This document shows, in pieces, positions 59,540 to 64,000 of a stretch of 64,000 nt of DNA. The stretch spans positions 118,091 through 182,090 of the forward strand of contig JBAZQK010000001.1 in the NCBI GenBank assembly GCA_041645215.1, written 5' to 3'. Numbering within the stretch: position 1 is the first letter of the stretch; every line of letters starts with the position of its first letter. Under the pieces are notes generated by a model. That model worked only from the letters and a program-made list of their open reading frames with translations, searched no databases and was not told the DNA's origin. The DNA is from Patescibacteria group bacterium (GTDB lineage Bacteria > Patescibacteriota > Patescibacteriia > Veblenbacterales > UBA10138). The translations under genes and the position numbers were made by a program.

Positions 59540-59716
59540 CTCGCCGGTTATGACATTTTAACTTCCCGTTGCGTTTGAAACTAGAATTTGCCAGATTGCT
59601 ATTGACAAAAATAGCCCGATATGCTAATATAACAATGTTGAATAGATAAACACAAACCCTCAAACAGGAGGGTTTTTTGGTACCCTGATACATTACGCCT
59701 AATTGTAAATCAATAT

Positions 59717-60238
59717 ATGAAACATCGTTTTTGGCGCAAGAATTGGCCCGGGCCCTTGGTGGTAGCCGGATTGTGTCTGGCTGTGCAGTTTTTATTTCCG
59801 CAGTCAGCTATGGCCGAGCAGTTGTTAACCCAGGCGCAACCCAATCGGCTAGTGGCGGAAACCGGTATTAACCAAACCGGTCAGGCGATTCAGGCGGCTG
59901 ATGATAAACCAATAGTCTTGCCATTACCGGTGATAAACAATATACCAGCCCGCTATGTTATGAAAGTTCCGGTAACAGCTTATTCGTCAACGGTTGATCA
60001 GACTGACGACACGCCGTTCATTACTGCCAGCGGTAGCCGCGTTCGCTCTGGTATAGTGGCGGCTAATTTTTTACCAATGGGTACTCGCATCCGTATGCCC
60101 GATTATTTTGGCGATAAAGTTTTTGTAGTGGAGGACAGAATGCATTCTCGTTTTTCTAACCGGGTTGATGTTTGGATGGAAACTCGCGGCGAAGCGGTTG
60201 ATTGGGGCGTTCGGCGTTTAAATATTGAGGTTTTATAA
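59717..60238 (+). CDS. Secreted 3D-domain protein
   Basis: VTAYSS..QTDDTPFITASG, VEDRM..RVDVW. Confidence 0.88.
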   Translation: MKHRFWRKNWPGPLVVAGLCLAVQFLFPQSAMAEQLLTQAQPNRLVAETGINQTGQAIQAADDKPIVLPLPVINNIPARYVMKVPVTAYSSTVDQTDDTPFITASGSRVRSGIVAANFLPMGTRIRMPDYFGDKVFVVEDRMHSRFSNRVDVWMETRGEAVDWGVRRLNIEVL

Positions 60239-60251
60239 TCGACTGAGTATT

Positions 60252-60283
60252 AACTCCATCAGCCATCGGCTGGTGGAGTTTTT
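60252..60283 (+). terminator. Intrinsic terminator
   Basis: AACTCCATCAGCC-atc-GGCTGGTGGAGTTTTT. Confidence 0.75.
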
Positions 60284-60336
60284 GGTTGATTAAATGGTAT
60301 TTTTTTGGTAAAGTATGGTCTGCTTGCTTTGGGTGC

Positions 60337-60411
60337 GGCCAGGTAGCCAAGCAGTAAGGCGACGGTCTGCAAAACCGTTATACACGGGTGCAATTCCCGT
60401 CCTGGCCTCCA
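60337..60411 (+). tRNA. tRNA-Cys(GCA)
   Basis: GGCCAGG..CCTGGCC-T-CCA; GACGGT-CT-GCA-AA-ACCGTT. Confidence 0.92.
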
Positions 60412-60473
60412 TTTATAAGTTTAGTTGGCATTTTTTAATAAACTAATTTTGTTAATCAGGAATAAATATAGTT

Positions 60474-63236
60474 ATGGTTCAAACAACGGAAAAGTTCGTG
60501 ATTTTTGACGGCAACGCGATTGTGCATCGCGCTTGGCACGCCTTGCCGCCGTTAACAACTAAGAACGGCACGTTGGTAAATGCCGTTTATGGTTTTACCA
60601 GTATGTTTTTGAAAGTACTCAAAGATCTTAAACCGCAATATGTGGCGGTGGCATTTGATCGGCGCGAGCCAACTTTTCGGCATGAGGCGTTTAAGGAATA
60701 CAAAGCCCAACGAATCAAACAACCGCAGGAATTATACGACCAAATACCGTTGATTAAGGAAGTTTTGACGGCCTTTAAGGTTGCAGTTTTTGAAAAAGCC
60801 GGGTTTGAGGCCGACGATATTATTGGAACTTTAACGCGCCAAGTAGAGTTGGAATCGGACAAAGTACAAAGCGTGATAATAACCGGCGATATGGATACCT
60901 TACAGCTGGTTGATGATCGGACCTTTGTTTATTTACCCAAAAAAGGTTTAAGCGATCCGGTGCTTTATGATGCAACGACTGTAGTAACGCGTTTTGGGAT
61001 TAATCCATCACAGTTAATAGATTATAAGGCCTTGCGCGGCGATCCGTCTGATAATATACCGGGAGTTAAGGGTATTGGCGAAAAGACCGCTTTAGAGTTA
61101 ATTAAAAAGTTTGGTTCGGTGCCGGCCCTCTATTCGACCCTGGCCAAAGACCGGTCTAAGTTTGCTGATTTTTCTAGCCGCGTGGTTGAGGCGTTGTCTA
61201 ATCAGGCTAAAGAGGCGGCGCTGTCGCGCGAGTTAGTAACAATTGTGTGTGACGTTAAGCTTGATTTTAAATTGGCGGACAGCCGCCTGCTTGGTTTTGA
61301 TATGCCAACCCTGGTTGAATTGTTTCAGCGTTTGGAGTTTAAATCTTTGCTGGGTCGATTGCCGGAATTGCAGACTAAACTTGAGTTACCCCCAGCCATC
61401 AATAATTCAATGACCAAAAAGCAGTCAGTTAAATCTAAGGTTAAGTATAAATTGATTGCGACCGAAATTGAGCTTATGGCAGTGATTAAAAAATTAAACC
61501 GTCAAAAGGTTTTTGCGATTGATACTGAAACTACCTCACTCCATCCATTAGTAGCCAAACTGATTGGTATAAGTTTGAGTTGTAAGGCCGGTGAAGCTTA
61601 TTTTATTCCGGCGTCAGTTAAGTTATTGGTTGGCGCCGCCGGTCAGCAATTAAAAACTTTGTTGGCCAGCGTTAAAATAGGCAAAGCCGGTCATAATTTA
61701 AAATATGACTGGCAGGTATTAAATCAAAATGGTTTTGATTTAAATAATCTGACTTTTGACACCTTAATCGCCGCGTATTTAAAACGACCGGGCGAGCGAA
61801 ATCTAGATTTAAAAACTTTAGTGTTTCAGGAACTGGGTTATGAAATGCAGCCAATTGAGGAGCTAATCGGCGCACCCGGCCCAGCGCAAAAAAATATGTC
61901 AGCCGTGTCAGTGGCTAAAGTAGCTGATTACGCCGCCGCTGATGCTGATTATACCTGGCAATTGATGGAAAAATTAAAATTAGAGTTAACCGCCAACAAG
62001 TTGGAGTCATTGTTCCAAACCATTGAAATGCCGCTGGTAGCTGTACTGGGCAAAATGGAATTGTACGGTATAAAAATTGATGCCGTTTATTTGCAAACCT
62101 TAAACCAGCAGTTGTCGGGCCAACTGACCGCGCTGGAAAAAAACATTTATGAGTTAAGCGGCCATAAATTTAACGTTAATTCGCCGAAACAGCTTAAAGA
62201 AGTTTTGTTTGATAAGTTAAATATTTCCCAGCAGGGTTTGCGCCGTACTAAAACCGGAGTTTCCACCGCCGCCGCCGAGCTGGAAAAGATGCGCGGCTTG
62301 CATCCGGTGATAGATAAAGTTTTTGAGTATCGTGAATTAAGCAAGCTGTTATCAACCTACGTTCAAGCTTTGCCAAAATTGATTGCCCCGTCCACCGGTC
62401 GGGTTCACACTAGTTATAACCAAACTATTACCGTTACCGGGCGCTTGTCGTCGTCCGAGCCGAATTTGCAAAATATTCCGATTCGTGGCGATTGGGGTAA
62501 TAAAATAAGACGCGCCTTTGTGGCGGAGTCAGGTTTTAAACTGTTGTCGGCTGATTATTCGCAAATTGAACTGCGCGTGGCCGCGCACCTAGCGGGTGAC
62601 AGCAAAATGATTGATGTTTTTAAAGGTGGACATGATATTCACACCGCCACTGCCGCTTTTATTTTTGACATTAAGCCCGAGGCAGTTACACCTGACCAAC
62701 GCCGTAGCGCCAAAGAAGTCAATTTTGGCGTGCTATATGGAATGGGGGCTTGGGGACTGGCTGAAAGGACGGGCATTAACCGGGAAGAGGCCAGATTATT
62801 TATTGAGCGCTATTTTAGATCCTTTACCGCTTTGGCTAAATGGATTGAAGATATTAAAATTGAGGCGCGCCAACAGGGTTTTGTTACAACTTGGTTTGGC
62901 CGGCGGCGTTATTTGCCGGAGATAAATTCCGGACTGGCGCAAATGCGCAATCAAGCCGAACGCATGGCTATAAATTTGCCAGTCCAAGGCACGGCGGCTG
63001 ATTTAATGAAATTGGCGATGATAAAAATTAATTCTCGTTTGGCCGCCATCAAATCCGAGTCGCGAATGCTATTACAAGTGCATGATGAATTAGTATTTGA
63101 GGTGCCGATTAAAGAGGTTGATAAAATTGCCCAGTTAGTTAAACTGGAAATGGAACAAGCTGCCCAATTCAGCGTGCCGATTGTGGCTGAGGTTAAGGTG
63201 GGTGATAATTGGGGAGAGATGGAGCCCCTTAGATAG
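60474..63236 (+). CDS. polA: DNA polymerase I
   Basis: 5'-3' exonuclease (EADD, GDPSDN), DTET, ADYSQIELR, LQVHDEL. Confidence 0.98.
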   Translation: MVQTTEKFVIFDGNAIVHRAWHALPPLTTKNGTLVNAVYGFTSMFLKVLKDLKPQYVAVAFDRREPTFRHEAFKEYKAQRIKQPQELYDQIPLIKEVLTAFKVAVFEKAGFEADDIIGTLTRQVELESDKVQSVIITGDMDTLQLVDDRTFVYLPKKGLSDPVLYDATTVVTRFGINPSQLIDYKALRGDPSDNIPGVKGIGEKTALELIKKFGSVPALYSTLAKDRSKFADFSSRVVEALSNQAKEAALSRELVTIVCDVKLDFKLADSRLLGFDMPTLVELFQRLEFKSLLGRLPELQTKLELPPAINNSMTKKQSVKSKVKYKLIATEIELMAVIKKLNRQKVFAIDTETTSLHPLVAKLIGISLSCKAGEAYFIPASVKLLVGAAGQQLKTLLASVKIGKAGHNLKYDWQVLNQNGFDLNNLTFDTLIAAYLKRPGERNLDLKTLVFQELGYEMQPIEELIGAPGPAQKNMSAVSVAKVADYAAADADYTWQLMEKLKLELTANKLESLFQTIEMPLVAVLGKMELYGIKIDAVYLQTLNQQLSGQLTALEKNIYELSGHKFNVNSPKQLKEVLFDKLNISQQGLRRTKTGVSTAAAELEKMRGLHPVIDKVFEYRELSKLLSTYVQALPKLIAPSTGRVHTSYNQTITVTGRLSSSEPNLQNIPIRGDWGNKIRRAFVAESGFKLLSADYSQIELRVAAHLAGDSKMIDVFKGGHDIHTATAAFIFDIKPEAVTPDQRRSAKEVNFGVLYGMGAWGLAERTGINREEARLFIERYFRSFTALAKWIEDIKIEARQQGFVTTWFGRRRYLPEINSGLAQMRNQAERMAINLPVQGTAADLMKLAMIKINSRLAAIKSESRMLLQVHDELVFEVPIKEVDKIAQLVKLEMEQAAQFSVPIVAEVKVGDNWGEMEPLR

Positions 63237-63271
63237 CCCTTGGTATTCATCGTATGCTAGTAGGGGCGAAT

Positions 63272-63332
63272 ATCCCGTACCAGAGGATCATTTTGTCTAC
63301 AATTAAAATTGTGATCCTCTTGGTACCGGGAT
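63272..63332. repeat. Palindromic repeat GTACCAGAGGATCA..TGATCCTCTTGGTAC
   Basis: Imperfect IR inside ATCCCG..CGGGAT. Confidence 0.6.
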
Positions 63333-63436
63333 GGAACCGGTAGTTCTTAGTTAATAGTTTGTAGATTATTGTCATTGCGAGCACCAGCGAGGCAATCTCT
63401 TAATTCTTGATTCATAATTCTTAATTCAAACTGGAC

Positions 63437-64000
63437 ATGTTGCTTGATATTGTAATTTTGCCGCCAAGTGAGGTACGTAAGAAAGTTGGTAGAATTATAC
63501 CAAAATCGGTTACTAAGCGGATGACGTTGGTAGTTGACAATAAAAAGTTTATACCTCACATTTCTTTGTTTCATTTAAAAACCAATAAAGCCGGTTTACT
63601 AGAGGTTATTAAAGCGACAGAGGAAGTAATCAAAGATTGTAGGCCGTTAGTATTTAGGTCTTTGAATTATTCGGCTAGTAATCGATGGCTTACGCTGTTT
63701 TTATCAAACAGTAAACATTTAAAAAAATTAAATACGGAAATTATAAATAAGTGTTTTTTGTTGCGTACGGGCACTATGCCCTGGACAGAAGATTACCCGC
63801 CGACCAAACAGGCAATAAATAATAGAAAAAGATTGGGCAATAACGGCGGCCGAAGTTTTAAATCCCATTTTACAATAGGGGTAGCTAAGAGTGCGGTTGA
63901 CGCTAAAGAGATTGTAGATGTATTGAAACCAGTTAAGATGAAATTTATTTCTAACCAAATTGCTGTTTGTGAAGTCAATTTTTGGCATCAAGTGACAAAA
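63437..64000 (+). CDS. 2H phosphoesterase (2'-5' RNA ligase-like), 3' end outside window; not in ORF track
   Basis: Open frame from ATG 63437 with PHISL and SHFTI HxT/S motifs. Confidence 0.8.
   Translation, partial: MLLDIVILPPSEVRKKVGRIIPKSVTKRMTLVVDNKKFIPHISLFHLKTNKAGLLEVIKATEEVIKDCRPLVFRSLNYSASNRWLTLFLSNSKHLKKLNTEIINKCFLLRTGTMPWTEDYPPTKQAINNRKRLGNNGGRSFKSHFTIGVAKSAVDAKEIVDVLKPVKMKFISNQIAVCEVNFWHQVTK

Noticed and set aside
63347-63991. Minus-strand ORFs at the window end
   Set aside because: The plus-strand open frame with two 2H motifs explains the region

Overview
64 kb of chromosomal DNA that looks like a Patescibacteria (CPR, Parcubacteria-like) genome. The taxonomy is inferred from gene content and style; TGA is used as a stop, so the standard code applies. 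The window opens with a VirB4-like ATPase / pilin-domain / DsbA locus. Housekeeping genes follow: radA, recG, folD, glyA, PMM/PGM, murI, trpS, rnj, secG, pcrA, uvrC, uvrA, CIRCE-groES-groEL, ppsA, ruvB, polA. There are four tRNAs (Arg-GCG, Leu-CAG, Glu-TTC, Cys-GCA) and AT-rich orphan genes with their own promoters. The most unusual signal is a layered set of tiny insertion elements. (i) A 41-bp palindromic element sits at the same T-loop position in two separate tRNA-derived fragments. (ii) 16-35-bp inserts sit in D-arm fragments, and two of those fragments bracket a stand-alone GIY-YIG nuclease at tRNA-Glu. (iii) Three MITE-like families have conserved ends but divergent interiors. (iv) Four-helix-bundle genes are flanked by inverted heptamer arms. 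Also notable: two Cys-rich proteins share a near-identical pilin core with different flanking domains, boxA-led structured leaders precede orphan operons, some microproteins are missing from the ORF track, and there is a translin homolog, an anticodon-less AsnRS paralog and a gene that seems to need a non-canonical start codon. All calls were made by eye; no searches or folding programs were run.
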